In this document: positions 9,504-19,539 of the stretch, piece after piece
Layout of the letters: every line of letters starts with the position of its first letter
Numbering within the stretch: position 1 is the stretch's first letter
Assembly: GCA_041658745.1 (NCBI GenBank)
Contig: JBAZZP010000001.1
Location: forward strand, 165,434 to 229,433
Direction: 5' to 3'
DNA: 64,000 nt
Source: Candidatus Margulisiibacteriota bacterium
GTDB lineage: Bacteria > Margulisbacteria > WOR-1 > O2-12-FULL-45-9
Made by a program: the position numbers and the translations under genes
The notes under the pieces: model-generated
Database searches by the model: none
Seen by the model: only the letters and a program-made list of their open reading frames with translations
What the model was told of the DNA's origin: nothing

Positions 9504-10233
9504 TTTGAAAAGTCCCCCTAAATGCTTTTGTAAAATTATTTTTTATATAACAGTTTACTTCTGAAATCCTTCTCTTAATTAAAATTTTTTTAAATTTACG
9601 GATATTGTTTTCAGGATACCACCAACACGGGTGCAGCAAAAGCTGAATACTTGGTTCTCGATTCTTCAATAAATTTAATAATTTAGGATAAAATTCCTTG
9701 TTTCGGCGAGAGTCACTTACATAGCAATCTTTACTAAAATATTCTGCTTGATATGAATTTACAAAACCTGTAAACTTTTTACCCAAAACCCTATTTGTCG
9801 GCCGATGAAAACTCACAACAAAGTCGATATCAACAATGCAATCGTTGAACCAATTCAATGTCTTCATAATCTTTTCTTCATCTTCAGAAAGGAGTTGTTC
9901 GTCAATATGCAGACCAACACAATGTCCCAATTTTCGCAATTCTATAATTGTAGCTATATTTTTGGGAGAAAAAATATTATACGTATCAGCCCCAATTTGA
10001 AAAAAAAAGTTTGCTTTTATTCCATTATTATTTTCAATTTGTCCTAATTTTAAAGCGCTTAATGGGGAAATATCCACATCATGCCGAAGATATATAATTT
10101 TATTGCGTTTGTTTTTAAGGGGGAGGTCGAATCGGCAAAAGATATAATCATTTGATGCCACTTCCACAAGCAAACGCTCAAAGGAACGATAATTATATTC
10201 GAACGTATTATTTTTAAAATTTTTTTTATACAT
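9478..10233 (-). CDS. hypothetical protein, possibly divergent polysaccharide deacetylase-like
   Basis: 251 aa. LRHDVDISP and GHCVGLHIDE are loosely reminiscent of CE4 motifs. Contains a 9-nt homopolymer (10000..10008). Weak call. Confidence 0.3.
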   Translation of the reverse strand: MYKKNFKNNTFEYNYRSFERLLVEVASNDYIFCRFDLPLKNKRNKIIYLRHDVDISPLSALKLGQIENNNGIKANFFFQIGADTYNIFSPKNIATIIELRKLGHCVGLHIDEQLLSEDEEKIMKTLNWFNDCIVDIDFVVSFHRPTNRVLGKKFTGFVNSYQAEYFSKDCYVSDSRRNKEFYPKLLNLLKNREPSIQLLLHPCWWYPENNIRKFKKILIKRRISEVNCYIKNNFTKAFRGTFQNENSNFGL

Positions 10234-11251
10234 TCACTATGTTTTCCTTTGACTCCGGCAAAAAGAAAACAGAACAAGCATAAATTGATCCCAACCCATA
10301 CCCAAAATGAAAGGCTGCAAACAAAATGGGCATTACAAAGAGATAACTTATATCTTTTTCCTTAATCGCTATTTGCAGGGAAAAAGCCAGGCTAGTGGCA
10401 AGATATAACCCTAAAATAATTAAAAACAACAACCCCGCCAGCCAATTTACCATTCCCAGGATCCCCAAAACCACTAAACTAAGAACAAAGGTGAGAGGCA
10501 CATAGTGGCGCCAAGATAAGGGAATCGGCACAAATTTAGTGGGATATATGGCCCAAAAACCATTGCGAAAATTGTGTTTGCAGTAGTTAATAAAATCTGA
10601 CCGCACATAATAACAGCTTACGATCTCTGGGTGTAAAAGTATTTTCCCCCCAGCCTTTTTTAATCGGATATTAAATTCCATATCTTGGCTATTTATCAGC
10701 TTTTCATTAAAATACCCAATCTTATCAAAAAGTGTTTTTCTGTAGCACCCACCAAACACTGTATCTACCCATTTCATCTCCTTATAATTTCTGCGAAAGG
10801 TAGAGTTTCCGGCACAAAATGGATGCGAAAAAGCAATTGTTATTGCTTTACCAAGCAAGGTATTGCTTCTGGGAAGCATCTCGACACGCCCGCCAACATT
10901 ATCAGCTTTGTATTCATTGAGATATTTTACGCTTTTAAAGATATAATCTTTATGATAGGTCGAATGCCCCCCTAAAATAATTACTATTTCACCTTTAGCC
11001 GCCTTTATCCCGCGATTAAAAGCACAAGGGGTTATTTTACGAGGATTATCTACCAGTTTTACAAAGGTAAATTTATTCTCATATTCTTTAATAATTTCTC
11101 TTGTCCCATCCGTACTCATCCCATCAACAACCAATATTTCCAATTTATCTTTGGGATAATCATTTGCAATGATTGAATCAAGACAAGTAGTAATAAATTT
11201 GGCTTCATTTCGGCATAAAACAATGGCAGTAACCTGTGGTAAATCATTCAT
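10226..11251 (-). CDS. family 2 glycosyltransferase with C-terminal TM anchor
   Basis: 341 aa. VTAIVLCRNEAKFI, LEILVVDGMSTDGT (DxD-type), then hydrophobic C-terminus. Confidence 0.8.
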   Translation of the reverse strand: MNDLPQVTAIVLCRNEAKFITTCLDSIIANDYPKDKLEILVVDGMSTDGTREIIKEYENKFTFVKLVDNPRKITPCAFNRGIKAAKGEIVIILGGHSTYHKDYIFKSVKYLNEYKADNVGGRVEMLPRSNTLLGKAITIAFSHPFCAGNSTFRRNYKEMKWVDTVFGGCYRKTLFDKIGYFNEKLINSQDMEFNIRLKKAGGKILLHPEIVSCYYVRSDFINYCKHNFRNGFWAIYPTKFVPIPLSWRHYVPLTFVLSLVVLGILGMVNWLAGLLFLIILGLYLATSLAFSLQIAIKEKDISYLFVMPILFAAFHFGYGLGSIYACSVFFLPESKENIVNV

Positions 11252-11781
11252 TAAAAGAATTTCCCTTCATTTTTTAATTTTTCGTAGTGAACTAAATTGC
11301 GGGATTTAAACATTTTGGCTGGACTACCACCAACAATTGCACATTTTGGAACATCGCTAACCACGACACTTCCTGCCTGAATAATTGCACCTTCACCAAT
11401 TGAAACTCCGCCTAACACAATGATCTTTGAGCCAAACCAAACGTTATCTCCAATAATAATATCTTTAGTGATAATGTTTTCGTCATACGGAATTTTGGTC
11501 CCATTATCAAAATTATGATTTTGGGTAATAAACAAAATATCCTCGCCCGAATGAAAATTATCGCCAAAAACTACCTTCCCTCCACCATGAATTTTTAATC
11601 CATTAAAATTGCAGTTTTTACCAAGATAAGTATTTGAAGATAAAGAGGTCCCAGAAAATGGGCGAATGTATGGGGCTTCCTTGTAAGCGGCAATTTTCCT
11701 CAGATTTTTCCTAACAATAATGGACTCGGCAAAGCCCTTGAATATTCTTCTAATAAGTCTAAACAATCCCACATCTCCCAC
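11251..11781 (-). CDS. hexapeptide-repeat (LbH) acetyltransferase
   Basis: 176 aa. Repeated [LIV]G-x4 hexapeptides: [35 protein letters not shown]. Confidence 0.75.
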   Translation of the reverse strand: MGDVGLFRLIRRIFKGFAESIIVRKNLRKIAAYKEAPYIRPFSGTSLSSNTYLGKNCNFNGLKIHGGGKVVFGDNFHSGEDILFITQNHNFDNGTKIPYDENIITKDIIIGDNVWFGSKIIVLGGVSIGEGAIIQAGSVVVSDVPKCAIVGGSPAKMFKSRNLVHYEKLKNEGKFF

Positions 11782-13078
11782 TAATTTGATTAAGCACCGC
11801 AGCCAAATTGCCGGCTAAATTGCGATAGCTGTATTTTTCCACCTTTGAAGCATTTCCGGCAAAATGGACGGAGCCAGTTGATCGATATTCATCATAATAC
11901 CTTTTTAAGGTTTGTTCAATATCAGCGATAGATGCCGCATAGTTGCCTGCTCCAGATTCTTGGCAAATTTTTTCGATATCGTCCCCCGCATGACCACCAG
12001 TAGCCAAAATCGGTCTTTTGGCAGCAAGATATTCAAAAAACTTTAAAGGATAAACCCCCTTCTCATTGGGATCTTCCCAATTAAAGAGAAGTAATACCTG
12101 GGATTCTTTTTGGCGGTTTAAAATATCCTCTCGAGAGATTTTTCCAAACAGCTGAGCCACACCATTTAAACCATGGTTTGAAACCATATTTTGCAACCAA
12201 GTTTGGCGGGCTCCAAAGAAACGCACTTCAACATCTTGAGAACTAATTTGGTTCGATAGAATCAGATTTTTTAAAGCTATTAAGAATTTTTCTGGATCTT
12301 GTTTCCCTGTATAGATATTCCCAGTATAAGTTATGGTAAATTTATTCGTTAGCGGCAGAGAAAAATCGTTTTCTGTAGCCGGATCGTAGCCGTTTGTTAT
12401 AACACTAATCGTTTTATGGTGAATATGAGAAAGTTTATTCGCATAAGCAGGTGAGGCAGCAATAACTGCATCGGCAGGCTTAATGGTTTTGATTTCCAAT
12501 TTCCTTTCAAAAAAACGTCTGATTGGGCCGAAAGGATAGTTATGATTTTGGGTCCAAGGGTCACGAAAATCAGCAACCCAACTTATCCCAAATAGCTTTT
12601 TTAATTGTGAAGCTACAATATGGCTGGTAGGAAAAGGAGAACTGCTTAAAATTAGATCATATTTTTCAGATTGAATCGCTTTTTTTGCCGCCCTTAATGC
12701 CGACGACCGCCAGGTCTTTTCAGTATCAGGATAAGCAAAAAATGTTTGATATACCCGCATCAAAGAGTCAATCAATGACTTTTTCGATGTAATTCCAAGA
12801 CTTTCTTTAATTTGTTCGGGGATACTTTCATTTTTTCTAAATTTAAAAGTGCATAATATCCTCCTTAACAGCCAAAAGACATCTCCATTGTAAGGCGCAG
12901 CAATGATCTTTACCCGTTTTTTAAATTCCCGCGGAAAACCCAAGCGTCTTATTGAATCATCATCAACCGGAGGAGAAATAATAGTTGCTTGCCAATCAAA
13001 ATCTGATAAGTATGTGCTAATTCCTGGGATTCTAGGAAAAGCATGAAACAAATTAGCAATAATTAATACTTTTTTCAT
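11759..13078 (-). CDS. GT-B glycosyltransferase (GT4-like)
   Basis: 439 aa. C-terminal [25 protein letters not shown] resembles the GT4 E-x7-E donor-binding region. Confidence 0.6.
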   Translation of the reverse strand: MKKVLIIANLFHAFPRIPGISTYLSDFDWQATIISPPVDDDSIRRLGFPREFKKRVKIIAAPYNGDVFWLLRRILCTFKFRKNESIPEQIKESLGITSKKSLIDSLMRVYQTFFAYPDTEKTWRSSALRAAKKAIQSEKYDLILSSSPFPTSHIVASQLKKLFGISWVADFRDPWTQNHNYPFGPIRRFFERKLEIKTIKPADAVIAASPAYANKLSHIHHKTISVITNGYDPATENDFSLPLTNKFTITYTGNIYTGKQDPEKFLIALKNLILSNQISSQDVEVRFFGARQTWLQNMVSNHGLNGVAQLFGKISREDILNRQKESQVLLLFNWEDPNEKGVYPLKFFEYLAAKRPILATGGHAGDDIEKICQESGAGNYAASIADIEQTLKRYYDEYRSTGSVHFAGNASKVEKYSYRNLAGNLAAVLNQISGRCGIV

Positions 13079-13863
13079 AATTTAAATGCAACAATTGCTC
13101 CATATTTTTCCCACCCCTTGCTACTAAAGGTGCCTGGAGGGTAAGGATTTATTTCAATATCTGGGTTATTAACCAATAAACGATAATTGTACACCCAATG
13201 CATTTCATCAAAGAAAACCGGAATTTTATTGTTTGTCGATTTTTCAATATTCCATTCGCTAAATATTATAGCTTTACGAGCAATCCGTAACATATTTTTA
13301 ATTAGCCTAGCTATTTTATCGGGCCCAATATAAATAACTGTTGCATCAGAAAAAACGACATCAAAACTTTTATCTGGCAAATATTCAAGCTCGTCACCCA
13401 ACCCGCACTTAAGCTCAACATTGTTAACTCGTTCCTTCTCAAGCCAATTCTTTCCTTCCTTTATAGCTTGCGGGTTGATATCAATTCCAAGCGCATTAAA
13501 AGTAGAATTTGCGTTTTTAGCAAGTAAAAACAAATTGGGCCCAGTATTACAACCGATTTCTAAAACATTTTTAGGTTGATAAGAAAATATTTTATCAATT
13601 AATAATTTTCTATGCGGATGGCTAATTGACCTTGAATACGCTTCCCAGTACGTATTTGTTTTCTTTCCGTGTAAATGCCTCGTTGCCCAATACCACTCTC
13701 TCCCTCTTGTCCCCAAAAATTTAGCTTCAATAAATCCCAACACTTTTTGAATCCACGCATGTAAGTGTGGATGCTTTAATAAAAACGATCTAATACTATC
13801 TACAAACACTAAAAACCACCTCATATAGTTTATCCATTTTTTCCATTTCCGTCCAATAATCAT
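13075..13863 (-). CDS. class I SAM-dependent methyltransferase
   Basis: 262 aa. VLEIGCNTGPN (motif I), FDVVFSD. 5' end overlaps the preceding GT4 gene; the true start may be an internal Met. Confidence 0.7.
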   Translation of the reverse strand: MIIGRKWKKWINYMRWFLVFVDSIRSFLLKHPHLHAWIQKVLGFIEAKFLGTRGREWYWATRHLHGKKTNTYWEAYSRSISHPHRKLLIDKIFSYQPKNVLEIGCNTGPNLFLLAKNANSTFNALGIDINPQAIKEGKNWLEKERVNNVELKCGLGDELEYLPDKSFDVVFSDATVIYIGPDKIARLIKNMLRIARKAIIFSEWNIEKSTNNKIPVFFDEMHWVYNYRLLVNNPDIEINPYPPGTFSSKGWEKYGAIVAFKL

Positions 13864-14893
13864 TTTTCATTTTAATAATTTCTCTGCTTCTAGCAGACAT
13901 TCTATCTCGCAACTCCTTATTTCGCAACAAATGGATAATTCTTTCCGCGAGTATCACTGGATTGCTAACCGGCACAATATAGCCATCAGTCCCATCCTTA
14001 ACCCACAAATTATTTTCTCCGGAATCGGTAATAACAACCGGCAAGCCACAGGCCATGGCTTCGGCCGTACTGGCAGCAATGCCAGCATCAGAAAGCGAGG
14101 TCGAAACATAAAGATCAGCGGCCTGAAGATAGGCAGGCAGTTCATCATTTTTCAACATACCGATAAATCTAACGTTTTGTCCCACCATTAGCTTTCCAAC
14201 CAATGCCTTTAAGGATTGATCTAGTGAACCAGTCCCAGCCAAAACAAATGCTGCGTCCGGAAATTCTTTCAGCACAAACGGGATAGCGCCAATTAACGAA
14301 GAAACATCATAGATTGGCTCAAAACTTCTCAGACTTATTATCATTGGGGCCGCAAGGATTTTTAATTTTTCTCTCACATGACCACAGTTATTACCTACAC
14401 AAAACTTATGAGTATCAATTCCAAAATTTATAATCCGTATTTTCTTTTTACTTATTCCTAATTTCAACATGGTTTTTAACATATGCTCAGCATCACAGGT
14501 CACCAAAGCAGCTCGGGATAAAATAAATTTGAGCATTAGCTTCCTTAGCCAGTACTTAATTCCCAAAATCACATCTGACCCCCAAACGGTAATAACCTGT
14601 GGATAGCCCCATCCCGCAATTGAACCCACTACCCCATAAGTTCCAGCCGAATGGATATGAATAATATCAGGATTAATTTCTTTTATTAGCTTTCTGGTTT
14701 TTACAATGGCATGCAATACGGTTTTAATATTTACCGGAGAGGTTATAATTTCATGATAATTTGCAAATTCAATCTTACCAAAGTTTGATGGGGCTAAAGA
14801 TATCCATGACACAGCATGCCCTTTATTTGCAAAAAAATTAATCCATTTGTAACTATGAATTGAATTTGAACCGGCTAAAAAACAAATCTTCAT
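13796..14893 (-). CDS. GT4 family glycosyltransferase
   Basis: 365 aa. STSLSDAGIAASTAEAMACGLPVVITDSGEN is the classic GT4 EX7E region. Confidence 0.8.
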   Translation of the reverse strand: MKICFLAGSNSIHSYKWINFFANKGHAVSWISLAPSNFGKIEFANYHEIITSPVNIKTVLHAIVKTRKLIKEINPDIIHIHSAGTYGVVGSIAGWGYPQVITVWGSDVILGIKYWLRKLMLKFILSRAALVTCDAEHMLKTMLKLGISKKKIRIINFGIDTHKFCVGNNCGHVREKLKILAAPMIISLRSFEPIYDVSSLIGAIPFVLKEFPDAAFVLAGTGSLDQSLKALVGKLMVGQNVRFIGMLKNDELPAYLQAADLYVSTSLSDAGIAASTAEAMACGLPVVITDSGENNLWVKDGTDGYIVPVSNPVILAERIIHLLRNKELRDRMSARSREIIKMKNDYWTEMEKMDKLYEVVFSVCR

Positions 14894-16155
14894 TATTTAT
14901 CTACCTCATCGACAACCATATTATTGCTTAATTGGTTGATTAATCCAAAAGGCATAATCATTATATATAAAAGCACAATATCTAAAATCGGAGCAACCAT
15001 TAGCCAGGCAAAAGACATAAAAATGGTTAACATAAGTAATATTGAATATTTACTTCTGGAAATTAACACCTTAATAAAGGCAAAAAGAAAACACACTGTT
15101 GTAAGCAGCATACCGATCAAGCCTGTATCAATCATTAAAGCCGCAAAAGCCGTACTTCTCTGTCCTAAAATCAGTTTATGGGAATACCACCCCTCTCCCA
15201 CTAAGGCTGAAACAATGTTATTATCCAACAGAACAAAGGCTCGCTTAAAATGTGAACCACGATCTTTATCCTGTTGCCCCGAAACAGCTTCGGTAGCTTG
15301 AATGCCAACCAAAAAATAATCAGTAAATGAATATTTTGAATACACTGTTAAAGTATTATTCCAACTAACAAGTATTATCGCCATTAAAAGGATTATGAGA
15401 ATTTCGCGCAGACGAATGCGGGGAAGATAAATAAACATAAGCCCAACAACTGCCAATATAACCATTCGGGAATCATAATAAAAACCAACGATTAAAGAGA
15501 TAAATGCAACTAAAAATACTAGTAATCTTGAAAACCAATTTTTTGCATTTTCGTTATAACATAAGACGGCTGTTATTGACATCAATACTGGAAAAACGGC
15601 AGCAGCAGAACCGGACCATTCGCTTCCTTGCGGCAGAAACCTATTTATCTTAAGAACAAATTCTGAATAGAACCCGTGAAAAAAATAGGTCAACATATAT
15701 AACAATCCAGAAATGGCAGTTATCATTGCTGCTTTATTACTAGATAAAACCATAAAATAGCGATTTGAGAGGATAAAGGGCATAATTCCTAATAGAAGGT
15801 AGTAGATAACAAAACGCATCATTCGAATATCTTCACTTATTATCACTCCCCGAATGCATTGAAACACCATATAAAAAGACATTAACAAAAAGATTATTAG
15901 GTGCAATTTATCAAAATTGCTTATTTTCTCTCTGATAAATGGAATGGCTCCAATAGAAAAAGCAAAAAGAATACCAAAAAAAATACAATCAACCAAGTAT
16001 TCATCGATAAGTGCGTATCCACCCAACATAATGCCTGAACCCAAAATACAAGCTGGAATAAGCATGTACCATAACATTTTAGGTTTCATTGCTCCAACAA
16101 AAAACAAGATTGGACCAAGAATAATAAACAAAAACACCAAAAAGGAATAAACCAT
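14893..16155 (-). CDS. polytopic membrane protein, Wzy-like O-antigen polymerase/ligase candidate
   Basis: 420 aa, 10 or more predicted TM segments with a larger loop near residues 290-330. Located between the GTs and the Wzx flippase. Confidence 0.45.
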   Translation of the reverse strand: MVYSFLVFLFIILGPILFFVGAMKPKMLWYMLIPACILGSGIMLGGYALIDEYLVDCIFFGILFAFSIGAIPFIREKISNFDKLHLIIFLLMSFYMVFQCIRGVIISEDIRMMRFVIYYLLLGIMPFILSNRYFMVLSSNKAAMITAISGLLYMLTYFFHGFYSEFVLKINRFLPQGSEWSGSAAAVFPVLMSITAVLCYNENAKNWFSRLLVFLVAFISLIVGFYYDSRMVILAVVGLMFIYLPRIRLREILIILLMAIILVSWNNTLTVYSKYSFTDYFLVGIQATEAVSGQQDKDRGSHFKRAFVLLDNNIVSALVGEGWYSHKLILGQRSTAFAALMIDTGLIGMLLTTVCFLFAFIKVLISRSKYSILLMLTIFMSFAWLMVAPILDIVLLYIMIMPFGLINQLSNNMVVDEVDK

Positions 16156-16168
16156 TTAAAATAAATCC

Positions 16169-17839
16169 TTACTTATTTGTTACTTCATCAATTAATGCAA
16201 CTATTCTTTCGGTCGATCTTCCATCCAATTTATAACAATGATCCTGTACAAATTTCTCACGATTAGATTTCAACCTTTTTATAACTTCTTTATCACAAAA
16301 AACACTCTCAACCGCAACAATTAAGCCATTCTCATTATAGACCCCTAAAGCCACCCCTTCATCAACATAAGAGGCAAGATCTTTTTCCCCGCTTAAGTTT
16401 AGAATAATTAATGGTTTATTTAGAACGACAGCTTCTGTCCCTGTTGTTGAATATCGGGTAATAACTAGATCGGCAACAGCTATCAATTCAAAACTATTAG
16501 AATCTTTTACAATTGTAACCTTAACTTTATATTTTTTTGCATAACTTTCATAGATTGCCCCATCCTTTTCCCCGGGATGCAATTTTATTAATAATTGAAA
16601 ACTATCTTTTAAGGCAGCTAGTGTTTTAAAGACTTCCTTAATGTTTCTTTCATTTTCAACTTGTGATAAAGCATGGGTTTGGGTTGTCCAAACAACCAAT
16701 TTTTTTCCACACATCAATTTATATCGGATAAATATTTCTTTTCTTTTAGATTCTGGGTCTAATAAAGAGATGAAATCATAGCCCGCATTTCCCGTAACAA
16801 CAATACATTTTTCTGGATAATCACTAGTTTTTGTTAGATAATCCTTTTCAATCGGCCCATAAACAGCCGTAACGTCTGGAATAGGATAGTATGGAGAATA
16901 AACACTCCCATCAACCGAGATATCACCTGGATTGAATGTATATGCCTCATGAAAAGGGGCAATATTGCCATGCTGGATTGACAAAACCGGAACAGATTTT
17001 TGTTTGGCCGCAATCGTCAAGGCACTGGGCAATCCACCGTATTCACATTCAATTAAAACCAGATCAGGCTTTTCTACATCTATAATCTTTTCTGCTTGTC
17101 CGATATATTGCGCTATCCTTGAAAAACGACAGATAAAATAATATTCCAACTCTTTCTCAATGATTGGGAATAGATCTCTCCCCTTATACATCCACATCTT
17201 AGCAAATTGTTCATCAACTCTTAATTCTTTCCAAATATTACTAAAATACTTCTGTGCCTTATTCCTTTTCCACCAGATTTTCCAAGACCAATAGCTTTCA
17301 AATGCCCGATGAACAAAGAAAGCCCGAAAAATTCTTTTTTCTAACAAGACTTTTATGCCTGCATAATTTGGCCCAATTTGCCCACAAGTAGTTACGTTAT
17401 ATCGTTGATCGTTAAATAATCTACGTAAGATTGGGTGCAAAGCCATATTTTCCTTAACCATTTTTCGATTTGAAAGGGTCGTCACCTTTCCCCAGCGAAT
17501 ATTATAATCAGTGATTAAGACCTTCTTTTGCTTTGAAGATGATTGGTTGATATACGAAGCTCCAAAGATTCTCCCAATAAGGCACATTAGGACATCGTAA
17601 AACATACACATTAGATTAAAAATCCGTAGGTCGAAACGCAAATATATAGGTTGCGTTATTTTGTCAGTAGAAATTGCGGATTTTATACAATGGAATAGAT
17701 TAAAGCGGATAAACCACCAAAAACAAATCTCTTTATACGTAGTTTTTTGAATAATATTCTTACCATCACTAAATTTAATATGAGAAATACCTGATAATAA
17801 CTCAATAATATCCTTTGATATGGTATTTGATTCCTTCAC
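16169..17839 (-). CDS. HP-motif GT-B enzyme (TagF / KpsC-KpsS / bacterial sialyltransferase-like superfamily), paralog 1
   Basis: 556 aa. LIKLHPGEKD (HP motif) and DLVITRYSTTGTEAVVLNKP. Clear paralog of the adjacent gene (WWFIRFNLFH, SPYYPIPDVTAVYGP blocks shared). Confidence 0.5.
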   Translation of the reverse strand: MKESNTISKDIIELLSGISHIKFSDGKNIIQKTTYKEICFWWFIRFNLFHCIKSAISTDKITQPIYLRFDLRIFNLMCMFYDVLMCLIGRIFGASYINQSSSKQKKVLITDYNIRWGKVTTLSNRKMVKENMALHPILRRLFNDQRYNVTTCGQIGPNYAGIKVLLEKRIFRAFFVHRAFESYWSWKIWWKRNKAQKYFSNIWKELRVDEQFAKMWMYKGRDLFPIIEKELEYYFICRFSRIAQYIGQAEKIIDVEKPDLVLIECEYGGLPSALTIAAKQKSVPVLSIQHGNIAPFHEAYTFNPGDISVDGSVYSPYYPIPDVTAVYGPIEKDYLTKTSDYPEKCIVVTGNAGYDFISLLDPESKRKEIFIRYKLMCGKKLVVWTTQTHALSQVENERNIKEVFKTLAALKDSFQLLIKLHPGEKDGAIYESYAKKYKVKVTIVKDSNSFELIAVADLVITRYSTTGTEAVVLNKPLIILNLSGEKDLASYVDEGVALGVYNENGLIVAVESVFCDKEVIKRLKSNREKFVQDHCYKLDGRSTERIVALIDEVTNK

Positions 17840-17841
17840 TT

Positions 17842-19539
17842 TCAGACTCCTTGCCGACTTAACCCCAGCATTTCCTTTAACACCCCCACGACCCGCTGCG
17901 CTGCCAAACCATCAATTTTATAGCAATGGTTAAAAACAAATTGCCTGCGATGATCCTGCAATAATTGCCTGGTTCCGTTATCCCAAAGAGCGGATTTTAT
18001 TGCCGGTAAGAGGGCTTGGGGGACCTTAACTCCGATGGCAACTTTTTCATCCACATAAGAAGTCAAATCGTTTTCCCCGCTCAAATTAAGAATCAAGATG
18101 GGCTTATTTAAAATTAATGCTTCTGTACCAGTAGTTGAATGTTTGGTAACAACCAAATCAGCAGCATAAAGGACCTCAAATATATTGCGATTCTGAGTAA
18201 CAGCCGCTTTTACCCCATATTCTTGACAGGCATTTTGATAAAGAGCCATACTTTTTTCATGCGGGTGCATCTTTATTAACAATTCTACTTCACCTTGTAG
18301 AGATTGAACAGCTTCCATTACTGCGCGCAAAGTCGCTTTTTGTTCGCTAAGGGGGACAAAATGCATTTGGGTTGTCCAGACAATTATTTTTTTGTTGGAG
18401 GATAGATTAAAATCTCGCAAAATAGTTTCTCTGCAATAAATTTCCCCAACTTTGGCCAAAAAGTCGTAACGCGGATGGCCAGTAACCACCACTCTGTTTT
18501 CCGGGTAGACACTTACCTTGGTTAAGAATTCTTTTTCACAAGGCCCATAAACAGCCGTTATCTCTGGAATAGGATAAAAAGGGGATTTTACATCAGCATT
18601 TGGAGCAATGTCACCAGTCAAAAACATGTAGGCCTCATGAAAAGGGCTGATATTGCCATGCTGGATAGCTAAGGTAGAAATGCCCATCAGTTTGGCATTT
18701 ATAATTAACGAATGCGGAAAGCCTCCATACTCACAATCGATTAATATAGCAGCTGGGTTTTCGGCCAATAACAGATTTTTCGTCATAGCCAAATATTTCT
18801 TTACCCGTGGAAAACGATAATTGAAGCAAAACTCCAGTTCATCTTTTATATACGGCCATAGATTGAATCCATTAAACTGCCATAAATTAATAAAATTGGG
18901 ATCTTGGCATAGTTTAGCCCAAATATTAGAGAAATGTTTCTTTGCTTCTTGCCCTTCTTGCCAAACCCTATTTGACCAAAACGCTTCTAGCGGCCGATGC
19001 ACGATCTCCTTTCGCCCAAACAACTTTTCAAACAAAACCCTAAACCCAAGAGCATGCATACCCACCTGACTACAGGTAACGACTTCAAACTCATTTTGTT
19101 TGATCAATTCCATAAAAACGGGATGTAAAAAGACATTCGATTTTACGGTTTGATTTGTCCCACTATCAAAAACATCGCCCCACCGCGAATTATAATCGGT
19201 AACTAATACTTTTGTTTTCTTTGATAAATTTTTTCTTTTTCTTCCAATAACTAATAAATTACACATCAAAGCAAAAGAAACATCATATATAAGACTAAAA
19301 GGCTCACGTAATTTAGCCAGCATTCTCTGTTTTAAAGTTATCTTAGAAGGCTTATCAGTGGAAACTATTGATTTAATGGCATGGAACAAATTAAAGCGAA
19401 TAAACCACCAATAGGAAATCTGTTGAAAAGTAGTTATTTCAATCAAAGATTGGCCATTTTCTAATTTAGTTTTGGCTATTTTATCCAATAGACCAATCAA
19501 ATCTTGTGACAAAGCAGCCCTATTTATAGTACTGTTCAT
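17842..19539 (-). CDS. HP-motif GT-B enzyme (TagF / KpsC-KpsS / sialyltransferase-like), paralog 2
   Basis: 565 aa. LIKMHPHEKS, DLVVTKHSTTGTEALILNKP. Shares the WWFIRFNLFH and SPFYPIPEITAVYGP blocks with paralog 1. Confidence 0.5.
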   Translation of the reverse strand: MNSTINRAALSQDLIGLLDKIAKTKLENGQSLIEITTFQQISYWWFIRFNLFHAIKSIVSTDKPSKITLKQRMLAKLREPFSLIYDVSFALMCNLLVIGRKRKNLSKKTKVLVTDYNSRWGDVFDSGTNQTVKSNVFLHPVFMELIKQNEFEVVTCSQVGMHALGFRVLFEKLFGRKEIVHRPLEAFWSNRVWQEGQEAKKHFSNIWAKLCQDPNFINLWQFNGFNLWPYIKDELEFCFNYRFPRVKKYLAMTKNLLLAENPAAILIDCEYGGFPHSLIINAKLMGISTLAIQHGNISPFHEAYMFLTGDIAPNADVKSPFYPIPEITAVYGPCEKEFLTKVSVYPENRVVVTGHPRYDFLAKVGEIYCRETILRDFNLSSNKKIIVWTTQMHFVPLSEQKATLRAVMEAVQSLQGEVELLIKMHPHEKSMALYQNACQEYGVKAAVTQNRNIFEVLYAADLVVTKHSTTGTEALILNKPILILNLSGENDLTSYVDEKVAIGVKVPQALLPAIKSALWDNGTRQLLQDHRRQFVFNHCYKIDGLAAQRVVGVLKEMLGLSRQGV

